A stretch of DNA of 20,000 bases from IMG/VR virus record IMGVR_UViG_3300047564_001460; one strand, given 5' to 3'. A program made the position numbers and the translations under genes. Below the pieces are notes generated by a model. That model was given only the letters and a program-made list of their open reading frames with translations. It did no database searches and was not told where the DNA came from. The DNA comes from an uncultured virus (IMG/VR IMGVR_UViG_3300047564_001460) (taxonomy: Duplodnaviria; Heunggongvirae; Uroviricota; Caudoviricetes). Below, piece by piece: positions 8,706 through 15,184 of this stretch (positions are counted from its first letter, which is position 1; each line of letters starts with the position of its first letter).

Positions 8706-8977
8706 TCTCGGTAGCCTCCACCAGCGGCTTTGTACTTCTTAGCTACAAGTTGTGCTTTGCGGGCGGACCATTGTCCTGCACCTGTGCCGTGGGTAGCCGC
8801 AGCTTTAACCTGAGAAACAATACGCTTGCGCAACTCAGGTTTGGTGTAATTACCCGCTGCATTTACCTTACCGCCTTCGGCATACTCATCAAAGTCAGTA
8901 TTATCTCGCCTAGCTTTACGCTTGGCAGACGGCATTTTGGATGGGCTTATTGCACCCATCCCGCGACACGGCATCAT
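8702..8977 (-). CDS. Basic protein resembling the N-terminal half of DUF5872, with an N-terminal extension
   Basis: 91 aa containing NYTKPELRKRI...GQWSARKAQLVAKKYKAAGGGY. Family recalled, not searched. Confidence 0.7.
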   Translation of the reverse strand: MMPCRGMGAISPSKMPSAKRKARRDNTDFDEYAEGGKVNAAGNYTKPELRKRIVSQVKAAATHGTGAGQWSARKAQLVAKKYKAAGGGYRD

Positions 8978-8980
8978 GAT

Positions 8981-9469
8981 TTAGCAAGACTTAGCTTTGC
9001 CGCCGTACTTCATGCCAAGTGGTTTGCTGCCGGACATATGAATCATCTTGCCCTTGGTTTTACCCTTGGTAGCAACGCCATCACGGCTGGGGGCAGCAGT
9101 TTTAACAGTACCCATTTTAGCGGTAGTGATACCGCCTTTTGCCATCTTTTTCATTTCGGATTCCTCATGTTTAACCATAGATGCAGGAGCGCCCTTTTTC
9201 TTCATGAACGCTACTTCTTTCTTGACCATTGCCTTAGATTCAGCCATACCACCTCCTGCCATAAGAGCCGTCTTCCCATGACGAGTTGAAGGCTTGTTTA
9301 TCTTCTGAAGATCCGGTCGGCTGCTAGATCCAGAACCAAACTTCAGACCCTTACTTTTCTCACTATATTCTTGAGCTACATCTTGTGGAATACCTGCCTT
9401 CTTCGCAAAGCTTGGGTTATGTGCTGCTGCATCCATGAACCTTTTTTGCTTGGCACTAACGGCTGGCAT
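8981..9469 (-). CDS. Lys/Met/Gly-rich basic low-complexity protein (162 aa)
   Basis: Start reassigned to the ATG at 9469 (MPAVSAKQKRFMDAAAHN), with GGAG/AGGA upstream. Contains three MxxGG motifs. Confidence 0.75.
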   Translation of the reverse strand: MPAVSAKQKRFMDAAAHNPSFAKKAGIPQDVAQEYSEKSKGLKFGSGSSSRPDLQKINKPSTRHGKTALMAGGGMAESKAMVKKEVAFMKKKGAPASMVKHEESEMKKMAKGGITTAKMGTVKTAAPSRDGVATKGKTKGKMIHMSGSKPLGMKYGGKAKSC

Positions 9470-9704
9470 TCCTGTGCTCCTTGATAAACGCATCCAGTTT
9501 GGTATCCAGACGATCCAACCGGTCCAGGACTCGATTGATGTCGTTGTGCACGTCCACCTTCGTCACGTACTCTCTCGCTACTTCCTCGCGAGTCTTGTTT
9601 ATTAAGACTCCCAATCTGTGCAACTCTACTGACTTCTCCTTGAGTATCCACCCTAGTAGCCCAATGAATGTAGTCAGCAAGGCGTTCCATATCAGCATTT
9701 CCAT
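9456..9704 (-). CDS. Small membrane protein (one TM helix plus coiled coil), possibly holin-like
   Basis: MEMLIWNALLTTFIGLLGWILK hydrophobic segment followed by heptad-like INRVLDRLDRLDTKLD. An alternative GTG start lies at 9710. Confidence 0.65.
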   Translation of the reverse strand: MEMLIWNALLTTFIGLLGWILKEKSVELHRLGVLINKTREEVAREYVTKVDVHNDINRVLDRLDRLDTKLDAFIKEHRNASR

Positions 9705-9714
9705 GCCCACACCA

Positions 9715-10269
9715 TCACATCACTCTGCCGCGAGTTTTACCCCGCTTAGCAATACCGTCGGCGCGACTAGACGCTGAATTTACTTTACCACCTCTTTTGT
9801 ACTCTTTGTCCTCGTTATTCTTAACCCTGCGCATAGCGTCTTCAACATCTTTGAAGGCTTGCTCTTGATCCACACGCTCTTGCGCTTCTTTGGTTAATTT
9901 AACTCTGTCGGACGGTACAGACGCTTTGTCGATAACTTTATCGATAGCTTTGCCAACTTTTGGATTGCGCTTGTCTATTTCTTCGCCAATAGCCCTGCCT
10001 GCCATAAAGGCAGCTTGAGCAGCACCCGCACGGCCCATAGTTCGTGAAAGCGCCCTACCAGCAGCTTCTTGGGTTTTAGCGCGATCCATGTAACCACGAT
10101 TACCTTCGCGGTTAGTTTTTTGATCTAACCCTTTTTTGATCCTATCAAGATCAGCTTCGTTAGAAGCCACTACATCTTCTTTGGGGTGGGGGGTTAAATC
10201 TTTTGCGTTGGTTTGGTTAGGCGACCTGTATATGTAGCCTTCCTTTTCCGGTCTGTTTAAGCGTCCCAT
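9715..10269 (-). CDS. Charged hypothetical protein (184 aa) with a C-terminal YKRGGKV...RADGIAKRGKTRG module
   Basis: Start reassigned to the ATG at 10269 (GAGGT RBS), which removes the overlap with the upstream gene. Confidence 0.75.
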   Translation of the reverse strand: MGRLNRPEKEGYIYRSPNQTNAKDLTPHPKEDVVASNEADLDRIKKGLDQKTNREGNRGYMDRAKTQEAAGRALSRTMGRAGAAQAAFMAGRAIGEEIDKRNPKVGKAIDKVIDKASVPSDRVKLTKEAQERVDQEQAFKDVEDAMRRVKNNEDKEYKRGGKVNSASSRADGIAKRGKTRGRVM

Positions 10270-10276
10270 AGTTACC

Positions 10277-10531
10277 TCAGCATTTCCAAGCACGAAGCGA
10301 TTTATTGATACGACTATCAGGGTCGTTGGCAGTTTTAGCACTTGTGAGTTTCTTCTTCATGCCTTTCATTCGAGCACAAAAAGAATCTCTGCGAGAACCG
10401 CCTTCCGGTTGCGGGGGCTTCAATCCAGGTTTACCCGGATTAGCTGCGTTATAAGAGGCTCGACCCTTGGCGTTCAAACCACCTTTAGGGTTTTTGCCTT
10501 CCTTGCGCTGCCATGCGGGGGACTTAGCCAT
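10277..10531 (-). CDS. Small basic protein, DUF6321-like
   Basis: 84 aa, AWQRKEGKNPKGGLNAKGRASY...RRDSFCARM...SRINKSLRAWKC. Family recalled, not searched. Confidence 0.75.
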   Translation of the reverse strand: MAKSPAWQRKEGKNPKGGLNAKGRASYNAANPGKPGLKPPQPEGGSRRDSFCARMKGMKKKLTSAKTANDPDSRINKSLRAWKC

Positions 10532-10811
10532 AATAAATAGTCACTGCGTCGGCACTACCGGTATCACAAAAGATACCGTTTTCAGCAAGGATACCTTCGC
10601 CAGGGATCACCACGGTATGGCATCCAGCAGCGGTCACACCCAATTTCAGTAGGACTTTTCCAGAAGCAGCAGAAGCATTATCGTAAAAGATAATAGGCTG
10701 AGCGCCCCCTGTACCTACAGCAATAAACGCACCTTTAATACGAGTGCGGGATGTAACTAACGCTGCGTCAGACTCGGTGTACGCCGATAGAACGTCATAT
10801 TGCATCGTCAT
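10524..10811 (-). CDS. Small beta-rich hypothetical virion protein
   Basis: 95 aa with AGGAG RBS and the pattern RTRIKG...YDNASAASG...IPGEGIL..NGI....TIYYG. Confidence 0.75.
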   Translation of the reverse strand: MTMQYDVLSAYTESDAALVTSRTRIKGAFIAVGTGGAQPIIFYDNASAASGKVLLKLGVTAAGCHTVVIPGEGILAENGIFCDTGSADAVTIYYG

Positions 10812-10824
10812 GATGCGCTCCTAA

Positions 10825-11202
10825 TTAGCTGGTAGCTATGATGCCAAGAGCTTTTAAATGCTTAACGATGTCGCCAATCGTATACGCTTTGGTACCAGAA
10901 CCGCCAGTAAACGTAGCAGCACTATCAACAGCCGTACCGGCACCAGCAGTAAAGCCAGAGGTTTGTCCAGTCGAAGCAGGCTGAGCTACGGGAGTAGCGC
11001 CATAAAGTCCAAACGTATCGGTAGCAGCATCACCAATGGCAGCATTGCCTGTGACAGTCAAAGTGCCCGTAGCAACGGAATCAACAACAGTAGCTGCGCC
11101 AAGCGTGGCATTAACAGTTACAGCGCCCGTGGAAGAATTAATAGAAATAGACTGGAAGCCATTTTGCGATCTTACTGGCCCAGTAAAGGTGGTGTTAGCC
11201 AT
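10825..11202 (-). CDS. Hypothetical virion protein (possible head fibre/decoration)
   Basis: 125 aa, T/G/A-rich, starting MANTTFTGPVRSQNGF, with GAGGA RBS. First gene after the major capsid terminator. Confidence 0.75.
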   Translation of the reverse strand: MANTTFTGPVRSQNGFQSISINSSTGAVTVNATLGAATVVDSVATGTLTVTGNAAIGDAATDTFGLYGATPVAQPASTGQTSGFTAGAGTAVDSAATFTGGSGTKAYTIGDIVKHLKALGIIATS

Positions 11203-11212
11203 CTTGATCCTC

Positions 11213-11283
11213 TACATGCGATTTTGGTATATCAGTCTGCATGTACGCCAGCCGGGACTGTCTGATATACCGGATAACCCCGG
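11213..11283 (-). ncRNA. Structured RNA with three interlocked helices; probable Mu-gpT-DE RNA motif
   Basis: Visible pairings: CCGGGGUU (11283-11276) with AGUCCCGG (11259-11252); GGUAUAUCAG (11271-11262) with CUGAUAUACC (11235-11226); UACAUGC (11245-11239) with GCAUGUA (11219-11213). The position downstream of a gpT-like capsid gene matches the described context of Mu-gpT-DE. Confidence 0.75.
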
Positions 11284-11292
11284 AATACCCCT

Positions 11293-11320
11293 AGTATAAA
11301 TAAAAAAGGGGGTTTTGCAA
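11293..11320 (-). promoter_or_regulatory. Sigma70-like promoter TTGCAA-N16-TATACT overlapping the terminator
   Basis: -35 at 11320-11315 and -10 at 11298-11293. The predicted start near 11286 is just upstream of the structured RNA. Confidence 0.6.
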
Positions 11321-11328
11321 CCCCCCTT
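11302..11328 (-). terminator. Rho-independent terminator after the major capsid gene
   Basis: Minus strand GGGGGTT-GCAA-AACCCCC-TTTTTT: a 7-bp stem, GNRA tetraloop and U-tract, about 20 nt after the stop codon. Confidence 0.85.
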
Positions 11329-11346
11329 CTTGACCGCATCGTTTGA

Positions 11347-12258
11347 TTAGGTCGAACCGCTCGATCCAAACATACCAAGAGGATCAGACCATCCGAACGA
11401 ATAACGCTCACGAGCTTTGTAGCGAACGTTGCCGGTATCGAAATCACCGTCCATTGAATTTTGTAACGGTGTACGAATGAAGTGCTTCATGCCGTTAGGT
11501 ACATCGGTCGTGAGGAACCATGCATTGCTATCGGTCAAGAAGTGGTTAACGGTGTAACCCTCTGGGATTGCGCCCATCTGCTTCAACGCGTTGATGTCGT
11601 TGTCGGCAGTTGCTACACGGAGTTCAGTGTCAAGCAAACGCTTAGCAGTAAACATCAGTGCAGGGGGAACAATCAGCTTCTTGGGCTTAGCTGCAATCAA
11701 CAGTCCACGTTCGTCCGTCCACGCAGCAATCGCGATAACAGCAGCCTCAAGAGAGGTTTCGTTAAGGTCAGCTTGAGTGGAAGGCGTGTTGCTGTTGGTG
11801 CCACCAGAGATTAGGGGGTGAGCCGTCGAGAATAAAGGCACTCCATCACCACCTGTATAGGCAGAGTTGAAGCCGTTGTTCAGGACCGCAGCAGCCTTAA
11901 CCTGTTTGGTGTAAGCCATTGCACGAGCCAAAGCCTTCGTATAACGAGCTGAAAGGCTGTCATACAGGTTATCTTCGATCGCTTCTTCAGTGATCGAGAA
12001 ACCAAGAGCAATGGTTTCGTGGTTGTAGCGAGTTGACCAAGCTTCTTGCGCGTTGTCATAAGCGATTGCGCTACCTTCGGCCTTGACCGGTGCAGCACTA
12101 AAGCCTGACAGCTTGGTTTCCTCTTCAAACGAACGCTCGGAGGTCTCGGTTTCGTAGATCTCTTTGTGTTCTTCGCCATAACGAGCGTACTCCATGCCGA
12201 ACAGTGCGTTCAGGCCGGGGAGAAGCTCTTTCAGTAGTTGTGCGCGTGAAATAGCCAT
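11347..12258 (-). CDS. Major capsid protein (HK97 fold; family usually annotated Mu-like gpT)
   Basis: 303 aa, MAISRAQLLKELLPGLNALFG...EEAIEDNLY...PKKLIVPPAL...YKARERYSFGWSDP. It lies after the scaffold gene and is followed by a terminator. Confidence 0.92.
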   Translation of the reverse strand: MAISRAQLLKELLPGLNALFGMEYARYGEEHKEIYETETSERSFEEETKLSGFSAAPVKAEGSAIAYDNAQEAWSTRYNHETIALGFSITEEAIEDNLYDSLSARYTKALARAMAYTKQVKAAAVLNNGFNSAYTGGDGVPLFSTAHPLISGGTNSNTPSTQADLNETSLEAAVIAIAAWTDERGLLIAAKPKKLIVPPALMFTAKRLLDTELRVATADNDINALKQMGAIPEGYTVNHFLTDSNAWFLTTDVPNGMKHFIRTPLQNSMDGDFDTGNVRYKARERYSFGWSDPLGMFGSSGST

Positions 12259-12270
12259 TTAATTTTCCCC

Positions 12271-13140
12271 TTATACGCCGGTAGCGAACTGATAGCTATG
12301 CCAGCCTTGATTCCACTTAACAAGAACTTCAGGATACCCAATAAAGGTAAACGAAGAACCAGAAGCGGCGGTCAAAGTTTTAGCTACAGTTACAGAAGTG
12401 CCGTTAACGTTAGTGACATAGTTGTAGTCACCAGGAAGTCCACCAGCAGTAGCGGCAGGACAAACAACCTGCATACCTGCTTGAAGACCCGTAACAGCAG
12501 CAGCCAAAATGATTGTGGTACTAGACGAAGATCCAGTGCCAGTCACGCTATAAGCGGTTTCGGGTACGACTGCAACCACACGGAAAGGAAGCGACGTGCC
12601 AGAGACACGAACGTTACCGGTACCGTTCGACGGACCATCACCAGACACAGCCATCTTGGAGTTACCAGTCGTAGTGCTACCAGCAACGCCAGTAATTGCA
12701 TATACGTTGGTTCCAACAAACGATTGGTTAGCGTAACCAATCGTAGAGGCGGTGATGCTTTCTGTGGAGGTCTGTCCAACCATAGCAACCCTAAACACAG
12801 CAGACGGATCGTCAACTACGAAAGCAACGATGTCGTTAGCAACAGTGTTTGCTGGGAAATACTGAGCATAAAGCTTTTGCCCAGTAGAAGCGTTGGTGTA
12901 CTGACATCCTACAAACACGCCAATTGCGCCAGCAATAACTGTGCTGGGGCTAGAAGCGGCAGAGTAGGTCGTTTTGATCAGAGTTCCATCAGTCGTCAGT
13001 TGGACTAAATCACCGTAAAAAAGACTGGAGGTGAGTCCGCTGGCGATAGGAATCTGTCGGGTTGCTCCCGCATACGGTAGGCCATTAAGTTCATTAATAG
13101 CTTTAAAACCGTAAGGAGCGTCAACAGTGGGGTAAGCCAT
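12271..13140 (-). CDS. Putative minor capsid / decoration protein
   Basis: 289 aa, DAPYGFK...LFYGDLV...GVFVGCQY...AFVVDDP, with AGGAG RBS, immediately upstream of the major capsid gene. Confidence 0.7.
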   Translation of the reverse strand: MAYPTVDAPYGFKAINELNGLPYAGATRQIPIASGLTSSLFYGDLVQLTTDGTLIKTTYSAASSPSTVIAGAIGVFVGCQYTNASTGQKLYAQYFPANTVANDIVAFVVDDPSAVFRVAMVGQTSTESITASTIGYANQSFVGTNVYAITGVAGSTTTGNSKMAVSGDGPSNGTGNVRVSGTSLPFRVVAVVPETAYSVTGTGSSSSTTIILAAAVTGLQAGMQVVCPAATAGGLPGDYNYVTNVNGTSVTVAKTLTAASGSSFTFIGYPEVLVKWNQGWHSYQFATGV

Positions 13141-13155
13141 TTGTTACTCCTAAGA

Positions 13156-13614
13156 TTAAGATCCTGTACCGAAAGTAACCTTGGAACGTTTCTCCGAAAA
13201 GAGCGGCATCCGAGGATCACTTTCCCTTAAAAAGTTATTGTCTACAGATTCCATCTGAGCTTTATTCTGCTTAGCGTAATACTCGGATCGCTGCTTCAAA
13301 AACTCCGCTGGAATACGACAGAGCAATAAACCACCCACTTCTACGCCGCCCTTAAAGCGACCTTCGGTGGAAGCGTGCATCATAAGCTCGGGATATTCTT
13401 CTGCTTTGCAGGGTTCATATCCTTCACGAAATTTGGAAGACACGTTTGACGGATCGGCCACTCCCATCGTACTTATACGAATGTAGCGGTGTACCCAGCC
13501 CTCGCGAGGGTCAGGCATTGGTAACGTCTCTGGCGGTCTCCAAGCTGTGGGCCGGAGAACTGCTTGCCTAGTAGACTCTTCGCGGGAACCGCGCTCTTGT
13601 TTACCTTGATCCAT
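13156..13614 (-). CDS. Hypothetical protein of the head module
   Basis: 152 aa, W.PP..LP.P....G...RYIR...EGYEP...VGGLLLCRIP, located between the scaffold and capsid genes. Confidence 0.8.
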   Translation of the reverse strand: MDQGKQERGSREESTRQAVLRPTAWRPPETLPMPDPREGWVHRYIRISTMGVADPSNVSSKFREGYEPCKAEEYPELMMHASTEGRFKGGVEVGGLLLCRIPAEFLKQRSEYYAKQNKAQMESVDNNFLRESDPRMPLFSEKRSKVTFGTGS

Positions 13615-13616
13615 GA

Positions 13617-14576
13617 TTAAACGCCTTTCCTAATTAGAGCAACCTGTTTAGCGTACTGTTCCAACGGCACCCCAAGACGACGCGCAATGGCGGCTTCTGA
13701 TGCTTTCAACTTGACGCGATTAGGCGGTGTGCTGCGTGTAGCCGGAGCCACCACAACAGCGGGCTTTGTTGCACGGCGCGGAGGTTCATCCTCTTCTGCC
13801 GGATCTTCTTGCTGCTCGCTCCCGAATTCTTCGGGGAATCTTCGACGCATGGTAGCGTCAACAATCTTATAATACTCCTTAGTTCCAATGAATGCTTGGC
13901 CTTTTTCTTGAGCTAACCGCTGATGCAACCCGAGGGCGGAAGCGGTCATTTCAGGATTACTGCCAAACCAATCATTATCTTCTAACCACTCCTTGTCTCG
14001 ATCAGACATTTTAGGAGCGGGAGGAGCACTAGGTTTATGTTGTACCTCTTTTTCTTCAACTTGTAAAGGCTTCATATTCTCAGCCTTGTCCAAGTTCAAA
14101 GTAGCCCGTGCTATTTCAGCTTGAGCTTCAGCAAGTAATTCAGCATCACCAGCTTCATATGCTTCTTTATATTTCTTCTTTGCAACGTCAAAAGCAACTT
14201 GCGCGGAAGTTTTAGACTGCTCAACATATGCCTGGGAGCCAATAGCTACTTGCTGCTGTAACCGTTTATTCTCCTCAATTAGCTGTCGTGCGTAAGTCTC
14301 AGCAGCTTCACGTTCCCTAAGAGCTTCTTCTTTTGCTCGGCGTTCATCGTGATAACCACGGGTAAATTTCTTAATCCTGGCCTGAACTTTCTCGTCATAA
14401 GAGGCAAGTTCATCTTCGGTCGGATCATCAACAGGTTCTTTAGCAGGTTTACGACCACGATCCTCTGGTGGAGTATCGTCTTCAATTTCGACTTCAAAAT
14501 TGTCGTCTGCTTCGGCTGTTTGTTTTTCCTGTTTTTCATCAGGAAACGTATATTCATCTTTAATTTCGGGGGGCAT
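13617..14576 (-). CDS. Putative capsid scaffolding protein
   Basis: Acidic N-terminus, long coiled coil and C-terminal helix (EAAIARRLGVPLEQYAKQ). AGGAG RBS. Located between the portal and capsid genes. Confidence 0.7.
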   Translation of the reverse strand: MPPEIKDEYTFPDEKQEKQTAEADDNFEVEIEDDTPPEDRGRKPAKEPVDDPTEDELASYDEKVQARIKKFTRGYHDERRAKEEALREREAAETYARQLIEENKRLQQQVAIGSQAYVEQSKTSAQVAFDVAKKKYKEAYEAGDAELLAEAQAEIARATLNLDKAENMKPLQVEEKEVQHKPSAPPAPKMSDRDKEWLEDNDWFGSNPEMTASALGLHQRLAQEKGQAFIGTKEYYKIVDATMRRRFPEEFGSEQQEDPAEEDEPPRRATKPAVVVAPATRSTPPNRVKLKASEAAIARRLGVPLEQYAKQVALIRKGV

Positions 14577-14586
14577 CACTTACTCC

Positions 14587-14994
14587 TTACGCAGCGCGGG
14601 TAATACCACGCGGATCTTCTACAACCGCCTCAACGCTATCGTCGTTGATAATGCGGAACTCCCGACCGTGAATCTTTAGTCGCGTACCACTGTTGGGGCG
14701 AACAATTACAAAGTCCCCTTCCTTACAAGACGGTCCGCTAGGAAATCTTGTTGGGTCTTTATAAGCATCCGGTCCAATCTTTACGACAAACAACACGGGA
14801 GTAAGAACTTCCTCGTAATACATGGTTTTGTCGGACTTAATAATCCCAATTTCACTCTCCGCATACTCTTCCATCGCCTCGGGGACGACACAAAGTAAAT
14901 GGTAAGTTCTTGGGTCAGGCAACTGCTTCGCTTTTTGTTCGGCTGATTTATTTAGCAAGCCGGACAGATCGACCGCAGTGGTTAAGTCAGTCAT
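14587..14994 (-). CDS. groES: GroES/Cpn10-like co-chaperonin
   Basis: P..Y.LL...SEIGII...VVKIGP...CKEGDFV...GTRLKIHGREFRIINDDSVEAVV follows the Cpn10 pattern. Start reassigned to the ATG at 14994 (GGAGA RBS). Confidence 0.85.
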   Translation of the reverse strand: MTDLTTAVDLSGLLNKSAEQKAKQLPDPRTYHLLCVVPEAMEEYAESEIGIIKSDKTMYYEEVLTPVLFVVKIGPDAYKDPTRFPSGPSCKEGDFVIVRPNSGTRLKIHGREFRIINDDSVEAVVEDPRGITRAA

Positions 14995-15184
14995 CAGATT
15001 TCTCCAAATGTTGCACGAGGTCATTGATAATGGATTCTGCTTGGTCTAGACCCCGGATAGTCCCGCAGATAAAACGGTAGGCTGCATAATCATCAGCTCT
15101 ACCGGTCTGTAAAAATGCAGACTGCTCCTTGCGGAGCTTGTCGATCTCCCTCGCAACGTGAGCGAGGACTTTTATTTCATTCAA
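14987..15184 (-). CDS. Small helical hypothetical protein (65 aa)
   Basis: L..G.ADDY..Y....G.IRGL motif. It overlaps both the portal stop (ATGA) and the groES start. Confidence 0.75.
   Translation of the reverse strand: MNEIKVLAHVAREIDKLRKEQSAFLQTGRADDYAAYRFICGTIRGLDQAESIINDLVQHLEKSDD

Noticed and set aside
11213..11283. Structured RNA as a hammerhead ribozyme or tRNA
   Set aside because: It lacks the CUGANGA/GAAA core (the CUGAUAU here is within a helix) and has no cloverleaf or T-loop consensus.
11232..11447. 71-aa minus-strand ORF spanning the capsid end, terminator and RNA
   Set aside because: It overlaps the capsid gene out of frame and crosses a terminator, and the region is better explained by RNA structure.
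11347..12258. Assignment as a Mu-like transposable phage because of the gpT-like capsid
   Set aside because: The head module (P22-like portal, scaffold, GroES, no protease I) is not Mu-like, and no transposase is in the window.
12298..13008. Long plus-strand ORFs (e.g. 12298-13008, 8693-9289, 10858-11265, 19474-19869)
   Set aside because: They are antisense shadows of well-supported, tightly packed minus-strand genes and have no recognisable motifs.
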